A stretch of 64,000 bases of DNA from Flavobacteriales bacterium (GTDB lineage: Bacteria; Bacteroidota; Bacteroidia; Flavobacteriales; UBA7430): contig CBFIGX010000006.1 in assembly GCA_965662265.1 (NCBI GenBank), forward strand, positions 19,050 through 83,049, given 5' to 3'. Shown piece after piece: positions 38,354 to 46,837 of the stretch. The first letter of the stretch is position 1. Each line of letters begins with the position of its first letter. The notes under the pieces were generated by a model. It was given only the letters and a program-made list of their open reading frames with translations, did no database searches and was not told the origin of the DNA. The position numbers and the translations under genes were made by a program.

Positions 38354-38607
38354 TATTCATCGTCGATAGCTTCGTATCTGTCAATTTCTCTTTGATAAAA
38401 TTCATCAGCTTTAGCTAATAGTTCATCAATAGCTGTAGTCAACTCCGCTTCATTATCAGTGCCAAGAATTTCAGGTAAATCGTCATCTAGCCACTTCACG
38501 TCATCGTTGTCGAGGTTTAAAATAAACTTAGGTGCTTGTGTGTGTATAATAAATACAGCATCAGGACATTCTGTATTGTCTCCAACTAAAAATTTAGGTA
38601 TTTCCAT
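38353..38607 (-). CDS. Small, very acidic hypothetical protein (84 aa)
   Basis: Rich in D/E (LDNDDVKWLDDDLPEILGTDNEAEL...YEAIDDE). Starts 2 nt after the stop of the sigma-54 activator gene. Confidence 0.6.
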   Translation of the reverse strand: MEIPKFLVGDNTECPDAVFIIHTQAPKFILNLDNDDVKWLDDDLPEILGTDNEAELTTAIDELLAKADEFYQREIDRYEAIDDE

Positions 38608-38609
38608 GA

Positions 38610-39776
38610 TTATTGTTTTCCAGCAAATGATTCTACATCTTTTTTATTTACAGTTTCACTACATAATATAATTAATCGCTCAATTACATTTCGAAACTCC
38701 CTTATATTTCCTGACCATGAGTAGCTCATCAGTTTTTCAAGAGCATCTTTTTCAAAAATTTTCTCTGCGATTCCATGTTCTTCACAAATTTCCTTGTTAA
38801 AATGTTTTGTGAGAAGTGGAATATCTTCTTTCCTTTCGCTTAGTGTTGGGTTGTTGATTAAAATAACTCCTAACCTGTGGTAAAGGTCTTCTCTAAAGGT
38901 GCCTTTTTCAATCTCCTTTTTAAGATCTTTATTGGTAGCAGCTAAAACACGAACATTAACTGTAATTGTTTTGTCGCTTCCCACTCTAGTAATTTTGTGT
39001 TCTTGAAGAGCTCTCAATACTTTTGCCTGAGCTTTTAAGCTCATATCGCCAACCTCATCTAAGAACAATGTTCCGCCATCAGCAGTTTCAAATTTTCCTT
39101 TCCTTTGTTTGATTGCAGATGTAAAGGCGCCTTTTTCATGTCCGAATAATTCAGATTCTATGAGTTCTGAAGGAATGGCAGCACAATTGACTTCTATCAT
39201 TGGGGCTCCAGATCGATTGCTTTTTTCGTGTATAGCGTGCGCAATAAGTTCTTTTCCTGTTCCATTTTGACCTGTAATTAAAACTCGAGCATCAGTAGGA
39301 GCAACTCGGTCAATCATTTGATGGATTTTTTTTAAAGCTGCAGAGCTACCAATCATCTGATATTTTTTACTTACTTTTTTCTTCAGGACTTTGTTTTGAA
39401 CCACTAATTGTTTTCTATCTAGCCCATTTCTTACCGTATTTAGTAAACGATTTAAATCTGGTGGTTTAGATATATAGTCAAATGCACCCTTCTTAATGCA
39501 TTCAACTGCAGTATCAATATCACCATGGCCCGAAATCATAATCATAGCAATATCTGGGTGTGTTTCTAAGGCTTTTCCAAGGAGTTCAAAGCCATCCATT
39601 TTTGGCATTTTAATATCGCAAAGTACTAGGTCATAATTGCCTTTGATAATCATTTCCAGGCCTAAATGACCATTTTCTGCTAAATCTACCTCGTAATTTT
39701 TATTTTCCTCCTTAATTATATTAGAGAGTACATTACGAATTGCTTTTTCATCTTCTATAATGAGGATTTTTGCCAT
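38610..39776 (-). CDS. Sigma-54-dependent response regulator (REC + AAA+ domains) lacking a C-terminal HTH
   Basis: 388 aa. REC domain with D9, D54 (VLCDIKMP), S82, K104. AAA+ domain with Walker A GQNGTGKE, GAFTSA loop, Walker B LFLDEVGD. The protein ends about 20 aa after GNIREFRNVIERL. Confidence 0.9.
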   Translation of the reverse strand: MAKILIIEDEKAIRNVLSNIIKEENKNYEVDLAENGHLGLEMIIKGNYDLVLCDIKMPKMDGFELLGKALETHPDIAMIMISGHGDIDTAVECIKKGAFDYISKPPDLNRLLNTVRNGLDRKQLVVQNKVLKKKVSKKYQMIGSSAALKKIHQMIDRVAPTDARVLITGQNGTGKELIAHAIHEKSNRSGAPMIEVNCAAIPSELIESELFGHEKGAFTSAIKQRKGKFETADGGTLFLDEVGDMSLKAQAKVLRALQEHKITRVGSDKTITVNVRVLAATNKDLKKEIEKGTFREDLYHRLGVILINNPTLSERKEDIPLLTKHFNKEICEEHGIAEKIFEKDALEKLMSYSWSGNIREFRNVIERLIILCSETVNKKDVESFAGKQ

Positions 39777-40708
39777 GAGTGTGGTTTTGTAAGTAAAGTA
39801 TGTATTAAGCCTTCTTTTAAAGCATATCTAGATAGCATTAAGTCGTGTATAGTTAAGGTGTTTAATATGTAGTTTATCAAGACCACAGAAATGACAATCA
39901 TATCAGCTCTCATAGGAATAAGTCCCTTCATTTTTAATCGCTCCTTGAGGGTAGATTGTATTAAATTACGTTGTACATAATTATAATCATGCATGTTAAA
40001 TTGAAAGTAGTTTTTGTTTTTCCAATCTCTGCAGTTTCCAATTTTGCAGGAGATAATTTCGGCTAACGAGTCAAAGGAGCCAGATGAACCTATCATACAA
40101 TCTACATCATAAGCTTTTACCATCTCGATAAGCTCATCAAGCTCATCCTCTAGATGTTGATCAATTTTGTCAACTTCCTCTAATGTTATGGGGTCCGATG
40201 GTTGGATCATTTCTAGCAAACGAGAAGCTCCTAACTTGTAACTTTTTTTCCAGAACACTTCTGTTTTATTTGCAATAATAAATTCTGTACTTCCACCCCC
40301 TATATCCATGATTAGCTTCGGTGTATCTTCAAGATCTATGGCTTGTTTTACACCAGCAAATATTAGTTCGGCTTCTTCAAGTCCATCAATTATGTTGATG
40401 CTAAGGTTTAAAGTCGATTTAACTATCTCAGCAAACTCAGTACCATTGGAGGCACTCCTAATGGCAGACGTTGCCAAGGCGTAACATTCATTTACTTGAT
40501 ACATTCTTAAAGTATCTCGATGCTTTTCAAGAGCTTTTAAACCACGTTGAAATGCCTGGTCAGTGATAAAACCTTTTGTGATTCCTCCTTCGCCAAGTTT
40601 AACAGCAATTTTATTTTTATGGATGATTTTATGGTTCATCCCATCTACTTCTGAGATGAGCAGATTGAATGTATTTGTTCCCAAATCAATAATACCTATC
40701 TTTTTCAT
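39755..40708 (-). CDS. Ppx/GppA-family phosphatase (short, two-domain form)
   Basis: 317 aa. ASKHA motifs IIDLGTNTFNLL and MDIGGGSTEF. The 3' end overlaps the regulator gene by 22 nt. Confidence 0.85.
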   Translation of the reverse strand: MKKIGIIDLGTNTFNLLISEVDGMNHKIIHKNKIAVKLGEGGITKGFITDQAFQRGLKALEKHRDTLRMYQVNECYALATSAIRSASNGTEFAEIVKSTLNLSINIIDGLEEAELIFAGVKQAIDLEDTPKLIMDIGGGSTEFIIANKTEVFWKKSYKLGASRLLEMIQPSDPITLEEVDKIDQHLEDELDELIEMVKAYDVDCMIGSSGSFDSLAEIISCKIGNCRDWKNKNYFQFNMHDYNYVQRNLIQSTLKERLKMKGLIPMRADMIVISVVLINYILNTLTIHDLMLSRYALKEGLIHTLLTKPHSWQKSSL

Positions 40709-40709
40709 T

Positions 40710-42020
40710 TTAGCTTTGTCTGATCCATTTCCATAGGGTTTTATAGTTTACCTTTTGGCCATACATTAGTATACCAACTCTATAAATCCTTCCTGCTACC
40801 CATGAAGTAAATATAAAACCAATTATTAATAATACCATTGATAAAATTATTTCCCAAAGAGGAGGCTCAAATGGCAATCTACCCATCATTACTATAGGAG
40901 ACGTGAATGGTATAATTGAACACCAAAATGCCAAAGAGCTGTCGGGGTTTTCTAAAATAGTTTGTAGTGCAATAAAAGAGAATATAAGAGGTAAAGTAAT
41001 AGGCATCATAAATTGCTGAGTGTCAGTTTCAGAATCTACAGCAGCACCCACCGCTGCAAATAATGACCCATACATTAAGTAACCTCCAACAAAGTAAAAG
41101 AGAAACATAATAAGTAAACGAGGGATATTCATGTCCATAAGTTGATTTAAAACGGATTGTATTCCGCTTGAACTTTGTGTGTTAACAAACTCTGCACTTT
41201 GTTGCACACTTTCTAAATCTAGCTCTGTGCCGTTAATAAATAAGCTGCTCGCTGCGGTAGTTATTAAGAAGGTAAATAAAATCCATAACGCAAATTGAGT
41301 GAAGCCTACCAAAGCAACACCTACAATTTTACCCATCATAAGCTGCAATGGTTTTACAGATGAGATTATTACTTCGATGATTCTACTTGTTTTTTCTTCC
41401 ATGACACCTCTCATGACCATTGCACCATATAGAAAAATGAATATATAAATTAGGAAGCCACCCGCCATGCTTAAGCCAGAGGTAATTTCTGTTGACCCAG
41501 AAGTTTCTGTACCACTATCATCCAGTATAATGCTTTGAAGGTAAATTTGACTTTGGGTGCTGTCAATTTGTGCTTTACTAATTCCAAGCTGCTTTAACTT
41601 AATTGTTTCGACACAATTTTCGATATCAGAACTTAGCATTTGTTGATACGAGAAACTTAGTGGCTTATGAGTGAAAACTAATACTTCTTTCTCTAAGAGA
41701 TCAATATTACTACTGTCAATATTAGGAATGTGGACTAAAGCCATAGCTTCAGAATTATGGAAATTTTGCTTAAGTTCATCGAGTGAACCATCCATGGATG
41801 AAAATTTTATCTCATCGGTATTTTTGTAATAATCAGTGAAAAGTTCACTTTGGTCATGAATCCATATTTCTTTTTGCTCATCATCGGAAGTGTCCATAAG
41901 TAAGGGAGCTGTGATGAGGGCACCCATAAGTATAGGTGCTATAAGTGTCATTATTATAAATGATTTTTTTCGAACTCTAGAGAGATATTCTCTTTTTATG
42001 ATTAAGGCAATTTTATTCAT
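40710..42020 (-). CDS. ABC-2 type transporter permease (NatB-like)
   Basis: 436 aa. N-terminal TM helix, large extracytoplasmic loop, then five C-terminal TM helices. Confidence 0.8.
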   Translation of the reverse strand: MNKIALIIKREYLSRVRKKSFIIMTLIAPILMGALITAPLLMDTSDDEQKEIWIHDQSELFTDYYKNTDEIKFSSMDGSLDELKQNFHNSEAMALVHIPNIDSSNIDLLEKEVLVFTHKPLSFSYQQMLSSDIENCVETIKLKQLGISKAQIDSTQSQIYLQSIILDDSGTETSGSTEITSGLSMAGGFLIYIFIFLYGAMVMRGVMEEKTSRIIEVIISSVKPLQLMMGKIVGVALVGFTQFALWILFTFLITTAASSLFINGTELDLESVQQSAEFVNTQSSSGIQSVLNQLMDMNIPRLLIMFLFYFVGGYLMYGSLFAAVGAAVDSETDTQQFMMPITLPLIFSFIALQTILENPDSSLAFWCSIIPFTSPIVMMGRLPFEPPLWEIILSMVLLIIGFIFTSWVAGRIYRVGILMYGQKVNYKTLWKWIRQS

Positions 42021-42925
42021 ACTTTTTCTTCCTGAACCGTTTTTATAAATATTTCATTGATACTAGGGATTTTCTCCTCAAATGCCTTAATGTCGGCCTG
42101 TTCTAAAAGTGTCCTTAGTAGGTGAGAGGCAGAGTATTCATTTAGTATTTGAATTTCTGCTCGGTTCCCATTTGATGAATGTAGCCTGTAATGATCTGGT
42201 AGTTTCTTTAGAAAGTCAAGTTCGTTATTGTTAAAGCAAATTTTGAATAACTTTTCTTTGTATTGATTTTTAATTTCTTGTACAGGGCCATCTAATATTT
42301 TTTCTGACTTGTTAATTAAAGCAATATGATCACATAGCAATTCTACAGATTCCATTCTATGTGTAGAAAAAATAATAGATGTTCCTTCTTTTTTAAGTTG
42401 AAGAATTTCATCTTTAATAATATTAGCATTTATTGGGTCGAATCCAGAAAACGGTTCATCGAATATTAAAAGTTTAGGTTTGTGAAGCACGGTGGTTATG
42501 AACTGTATTTTTTGAGCCATCCCTTTTGACAGTTCTTCAACTTTCTTGTCCCACCAGGGGCTAATGTCGAATTTGTCGAACCAAATTTTTAGAGCCTTTT
42601 TTGCCTCATGTGAAGAAAGACCTTTAAGCTGTGCAAGATAAAGTGCTTGCTCGCCAACTTTCATCTTCTTGTATAAGCCTCTCTCTTCCGGAAGATACCC
42701 AATCTTGGCTATGTGTTGTTGAGAAAGCTTTTCTCCATCAAAAAGGACTTCACCACTATCAGGCATAGTAATTTGATTGATAATTCTAATTAGGCTAGTT
42801 TTTCCTGCGCCATTTGGTCCCAAAAGACCGAAAATTTGACCTTTAGTTATAGAAAGACTAATGTTTTTTAAAGCTATATGGTTGCTATAGCTTTTGTTTA
42901 CAGATTGTACTTCAAGTACTTTCAT
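42017..42925 (-). CDS. ABC transporter ATP-binding protein (NatA-like)
   Basis: 302 aa. Walker A GPNGAGKTS, signature LSKGMAQK, Walker B LLIFDEP. 4-nt ATGA overlap with the permease gene. Confidence 0.9.
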   Translation of the reverse strand: MKVLEVQSVNKSYSNHIALKNISLSITKGQIFGLLGPNGAGKTSLIRIINQITMPDSGEVLFDGEKLSQQHIAKIGYLPEERGLYKKMKVGEQALYLAQLKGLSSHEAKKALKIWFDKFDISPWWDKKVEELSKGMAQKIQFITTVLHKPKLLIFDEPFSGFDPINANIIKDEILQLKKEGTSIIFSTHRMESVELLCDHIALINKSEKILDGPVQEIKNQYKEKLFKICFNNNELDFLKKLPDHYRLHSSNGNRAEIQILNEYSASHLLRTLLEQADIKAFEEKIPSINEIFIKTVQEEKV

Positions 42926-42992
42926 AGAAGTTAAAAGTATAAATATAAATCTTAAATATAGCTATTAGAAATTGATTGTGTTATTTTAAAAC

Positions 42993-43020
42993 AAAAAAAA
43001 CCCTAACAATTGTTAGGGTT
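42993..43020 (-). terminator. Rho-independent terminator after dnaJ
   Basis: aaccctaac (42999-43007) / gttagggtt (43012-43020), loop aatt. On the minus strand a T8 run follows. Confidence 0.85.
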
Positions 43021-43025
43021 ATATT

Positions 43026-44171
43026 TTATTGGAACATTTCTTTGACTTTATCAAAGAATGATTTGTTGTTTTCATCTGGGTCAGGCTTAAAGTTGTTTTT
43101 CTCCAGGCAAGATTCAAAGAATTTTTTTTGTTCTTTATCTAATTCTTGTGGTGTCCAAACATTCACGTGTATAAGTAGATCTCCAGTACCATATCGTTCT
43201 ACGCTAGGTAAACCTTTACCCCTAAGTCTTAAAATTTTACCCGATTGAATTCCTTCTTCTAATTTTATTTTAACTTTTGAGTTGATGGTTTGAATTTCTG
43301 GATTACAGCCTAATACAGCTTGCGCAAAACTTATGAATAGATCATAGTGTAAATTCTTTCCATCTCGTTTTAAAAATTCATGAGGAGTTTCTTCAATAAC
43401 AACAATAAGGTCGCCAGGTATGCCACCTTTAAGAGCTGCATTTCCTTTTCCTGATACAGAGAGTTGCATGCCATCTTCTACACCAGCAGGTATATTTATA
43501 CTTACTTCGTCAGACTTTTTAATAACACCTTGGCCCGAACAAGTTCCACACGCGCTGGTGGCTTTTTCACCTTGACCGTTACAAGCATTGCAGGTCGTAG
43601 AGGTTTGCATTCTGCCTAGTGGAGTGTTTACTATTTGAACCATTTGACCTGAGCCATTACATTGCTGACATGTACTTAAGTTTCCATTTTCAGCACCAGT
43701 AGCATTGCAGTCGTCACAGCCAACGTTCTTTTTTAACTTAATTTTTTTCTCTACTCCGTTTGCAATCTCATCAAGCGTTAGCTTAACACGCACTCTTAAG
43801 TTAGATCCTCTTGATCTTCGTCTGCCACCTCTGGCACCACCGAAGCCTCCTCCAAAAGCTGACCCAAAAATATCGCCAAATTGACTAAATATATCGTCCA
43901 TATTCATGCCGCCTCCTCCGAAGCCGCCTCCTCCGAAGCCGCCTCCTTCTAGACCTGCATGCCCGTATTGATCGTAGCGAGCTCTTTTGTCAGCGTTACT
44001 TAATACCTCATATGCTTCTGCAGCTTCTTTAAATTTAGTCTCTGCACTTTTGTCATCAGGGTTTTTATCAGGATGAAACTTGATGGCAAGTTTGCGATAC
44101 GCCTTTTTTAAATCCTTATCGTTTGCACTTTTTGCAACGCCTAATACCTCGTAATAATCTCTTTTAGCCAT
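43026..44171 (-). CDS. dnaJ: Molecular chaperone DnaJ
   Basis: 381 aa. J-domain HPDKNP, G/F region, four CxxCxGxG zinc motifs. Confidence 0.97.
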   Translation of the reverse strand: MAKRDYYEVLGVAKSANDKDLKKAYRKLAIKFHPDKNPDDKSAETKFKEAAEAYEVLSNADKRARYDQYGHAGLEGGGFGGGGFGGGGMNMDDIFSQFGDIFGSAFGGGFGGARGGRRRSRGSNLRVRVKLTLDEIANGVEKKIKLKKNVGCDDCNATGAENGNLSTCQQCNGSGQMVQIVNTPLGRMQTSTTCNACNGQGEKATSACGTCSGQGVIKKSDEVSINIPAGVEDGMQLSVSGKGNAALKGGIPGDLIVVIEETPHEFLKRDGKNLHYDLFISFAQAVLGCNPEIQTINSKVKIKLEEGIQSGKILRLRGKGLPSVERYGTGDLLIHVNVWTPQELDKEQKKFFESCLEKNNFKPDPDENNKSFFDKVKEMFQ

Positions 44172-44180
44172 TAGTGCTGG

Positions 44181-44732
44181 TTATTTTCCGACAACCACCT
44201 TAGTGTATCGTATTACTTTATCGTTTAGCAAATACCCTTTTTCTGTTTCGTCGATAATTTTACCTTTCATATCTTCTGTAGGAGCTGGTATTTGAGTGAT
44301 TGCTTCGTGAAGGTCAGTATCAAAGTGATTTCCGATAGATGACTCCATAGCTTTTAAACCTTTTAGTTCTAATATACCTACAATCTTATTGTGTATTAGT
44401 TCCATTCCTTTACGAATATCTTCATCGCTAGAGCTCTCAGCATGTTTAGATGCTCTGTCAAAGTCGTCTAAAACAGGCAGCATAGCTTCGCAGAATTCAA
44501 TGCTCGCATTCTTGAATAAATCAATTCTCTCTTTGGCGGTTCGTTTTTTGAAATTTTCAAATTCAGCAAAAAGACGAATTTGCTTGTCTTTAAGTTCTGC
44601 AACTTCCTTCTCTAATTGATCTTCCCTAGATAATTCCTCTTTTGGTTGCTCAGCACTTTCTTTTTTATTTTGTTCTTGCTGATCTGTTGTTTCTTCTAAT
44701 TCTGAATCCGTAATTGTCTTTTCTTCTGACAT
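44181..44732 (-). CDS. grpE: Nucleotide exchange factor GrpE
   Basis: 183 aa. Acidic N-terminus, RLFAEFENFKKRTAKE motif. Confidence 0.95.
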   Translation of the reverse strand: MSEEKTITDSELEETTDQQEQNKKESAEQPKEELSREDQLEKEVAELKDKQIRLFAEFENFKKRTAKERIDLFKNASIEFCEAMLPVLDDFDRASKHAESSSDEDIRKGMELIHNKIVGILELKGLKAMESSIGNHFDTDLHEAITQIPAPTEDMKGKIIDETEKGYLLNDKVIRYTKVVVGK

Positions 44733-44766
44733 TTCAAATATATTTTATAAATATGCGATGGTTTAT

Positions 44767-44783
44767 TGGCAATATGTTTGCCA
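44767..44783 (-). promoter_or_regulatory. Perfect inverted repeat TGGCAA-N5-TTGCCA upstream of grpE (operator or sigma-54 -24/-12 element)
   Basis: The minus strand reads TGGCAAACATATTGCCA, giving GG-N10-GC spacing identical to TGGCAC-N5-TTGCW. It lies 35-51 nt upstream of the grpE ATG. Confidence 0.45.
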
Positions 44784-44808
44784 TATCATAAATTGTGACA
44801 GATTGGCG

Positions 44809-44816
44809 CAAAAGTA
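44809..44816 (-). promoter_or_regulatory. -7 promoter box TActTTTG, alternative grpE-dnaJ promoter
   Basis: Plus strand caaaagta, 77 nt upstream of the grpE ATG. If used, the palindrome falls in the 5' UTR. Confidence 0.4.
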
Positions 44817-44903
44817 GTTAAAATAAGGTAGTTTTGTCTTGTTTTATGACGTGTTATTGTATGGTGATGTGTTTGTTGTAAAAACTATTACATTGAGTGT
44901 GTA

Positions 44904-44933
44904 ACATCTTTTTTGTGTAGAGCAAAAAGATGT
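44904..44933 (-). terminator. Stem-loop terminator candidate after the thioredoxin-like gene
   Basis: acatcttttt (44904-44913) / aaaaagatgt (44924-44933), 10-nt loop, 26 nt downstream of the stop at 44959. Confidence 0.55.
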
Positions 44934-44958
44934 CATTATTAGGTGTTGCTTGCTTTTT

Positions 44959-45513
44959 TTATTCAGTCAGTTTCTTCAAAGTTGCAAACAATGCAGGACC
45001 TTTAATGTCCTTTGCTATTATGAGACCATTTTCGTCTATTAAATAATTACTTGGGATGCTATTAATATGGTACTCGTTTATAACTTCACCGGACCAGCCA
45101 TTTAATTCGCTTAGTTGTGCTTCCCAGCTTAAATTATCTTCCTCTATTGCCCTAATCCATTCATTTTTTGCATTTGCTTGTTTTGGATTACCTCTTCTAT
45201 CTTTTATACCATCTAATGAAATTCCTATAATCTCAAAGCCCTCTGCCGATTTAAATGACGCTTGATTAAATTTACTATAAATGGATACAAGATTTGGATT
45301 GTCTTTTCTGCATGGGCCACACCATGAAGCCCAAAAATCAATGAGTACAATTTTACCTTTATAGTCTGAAAGTTTAATGGATTTACCTTTGTGATTAGTT
45401 AATTCAAACTCTGGAGCTTTATCTCCACGATTTAAGCCTATTTCTTGAGATTGAACAGAAAAGCTAACTAGACATAGTAAGGCTAAGTAAATTTTTTTAA
45501 TATGATGTTTCAT
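44959..45513 (-). CDS. TlpA/ResA-like periplasmic thiol:disulfide oxidoreductase
   Basis: 184 aa. Signal peptide. Thioredoxin active site FWASWCGPC. Confidence 0.88.
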   Translation of the reverse strand: MKHHIKKIYLALLCLVSFSVQSQEIGLNRGDKAPEFELTNHKGKSIKLSDYKGKIVLIDFWASWCGPCRKDNPNLVSIYSKFNQASFKSAEGFEIIGISLDGIKDRRGNPKQANAKNEWIRAIEEDNLSWEAQLSELNGWSGEVINEYHINSIPSNYLIDENGLIIAKDIKGPALFATLKKLTE

Positions 45514-45523
45514 ATTTCTACGT

Positions 45524-46831
45524 TTAATTTATTCGCTTAATATCTGCGCCTATTGCTTTTAGTCTGGCTTCGATGTTTTCGTAGCCCCTATCAATTTGCT
45601 CAATGTTATGGATTATACTTTCACCATCAGCAGATAAAGCTGCAATTAAGAGTGATATTCCTGCTCTGATGTCGGGTGATGTCATTGTTGTAGATTTTAG
45701 ATTACTTTTTCTATCTAAACCAATTACTGTTGCTCTGTGAGGATCACAAAGTATTATTTGAGCTCCCATATCTATTAGTTTGTCAGTGAAAAATAAACGA
45801 CTTTCAAACATTTTTTGATGTATTAAAACAGATCCCCTTGCTTGAGTTGCAACTACGAGTATAATGCTTAATAAATCAGGGGTGAAGCCTGGCCATGGTG
45901 CATCAGAAATACTCATAATAGAACCGTCTATAAAGCTTTCAATCTCGTAATGATCTTGTGATGGAACAAATATATCATCTCTTCTTCTTTCTAGTTTTAT
46001 TCCTAACTTTTTGAACGTGGATGGAATGACTCCTAATTCATCAAATGCGACATTTTTTATTGTTAGTTCGGATTTGGTCATGGCTGCGAGACCAATCCAA
46101 GAGCCAATTTCAATCATGTCTGGCAGGACATTATGAGTGCAGCCATGCAGTTTTTCTACACCCTCTATAACTAATAGGTTAGAGCCTATACCAGATATAC
46201 GCCCTCCCATAGAGTTAATCATTTTGCACAATTGTTGTAAGTAAGGCTCACAGGCTGCATTATAAATAGTTGTTTTTCCTTCTGCAAGACATGATGCCAT
46301 TACAATGTTTGCGGTTCCTGTTACAGAAGCTTCTTCCAAAAGCATGTAAGTGCCTTTGAGTGTATTTCCTCTGATATTGAAAAACCCATCTTTATGGTTG
46401 TATTCAAATTTAGCACCGAGTTTTTCAAAGCCGATAAAATGAGTGTCAAGACGTCGTCTACCTATTTTATCGCCTCCAGGTCTGGGAATAGCTGCTAATC
46501 CAAAACGGGCTAGTAAAGGGCCTACAATCATGATTGAACCTCTTAGTCGTCCGCCTTTATCTTTGAATATATCGCTTTTTAAATATTCAAGATCTAATTC
46601 ATCTGCTGTGAAACTATATGAACCATTCGCTAATTTTTTGACTTTAACACCTAAGTCTACCAGTATGTCTATTAGTTTGTTGACATCAACAATATCAGGA
46701 ATGTTGTTGATGATTACTTGCTTTGGCGTAAGTAAAACTGCGCTTATTATTTGGAGTGCTTCGTTTTTTGCACCTTGAGGGGTAATCTCTCCATGTAGCG
46801 GCTTGCCTCCTTTGATTATAAATGAAGCCAT
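45524..46831 (-). CDS. murA: UDP-N-acetylglucosamine 1-carboxyvinyltransferase (Asp in place of the fosfomycin-target Cys)
   Basis: 435 aa. GAKNEAL motif. Active-site loop PRPGGDKIGRRRLD. Confidence 0.95.
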   Translation of the reverse strand: MASFIIKGGKPLHGEITPQGAKNEALQIISAVLLTPKQVIINNIPDIVDVNKLIDILVDLGVKVKKLANGSYSFTADELDLEYLKSDIFKDKGGRLRGSIMIVGPLLARFGLAAIPRPGGDKIGRRRLDTHFIGFEKLGAKFEYNHKDGFFNIRGNTLKGTYMLLEEASVTGTANIVMASCLAEGKTTIYNAACEPYLQQLCKMINSMGGRISGIGSNLLVIEGVEKLHGCTHNVLPDMIEIGSWIGLAAMTKSELTIKNVAFDELGVIPSTFKKLGIKLERRRDDIFVPSQDHYEIESFIDGSIMSISDAPWPGFTPDLLSIILVVATQARGSVLIHQKMFESRLFFTDKLIDMGAQIILCDPHRATVIGLDRKSNLKSTTMTSPDIRAGISLLIAALSADGESIIHNIEQIDRGYENIEARLKAIGADIKRIN

Positions 46832-46837
46832 AAGTTT

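Noticed and set aside
43908-43946. Direct tandem repeat gccgcctcctccgaa x2.6
   Set aside because: It lies inside dnaJ and encodes the Gly/Phe-rich linker ([12 protein letters not shown]). It is coding low complexity, not a regulatory or CRISPR-like repeat.
44735-44742. Minus-strand TAtaTTTG match next to grpE
   Set aside because: It lies only 3 nt from the grpE ATG, so a start about 5-7 nt downstream would fall inside the coding sequence. It is most likely a chance match in A/T-rich sequence.
44767-44783. Plus-strand reading of the palindrome as a sigma-54 promoter (TGGCAA-TATGT-TTGCC)
   Set aside because: It would fire toward the 3' end of the minus-strand thioredoxin-like gene, and no plus-strand gene lies downstream. 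Only the minus-strand reading, toward grpE, makes biological sense.
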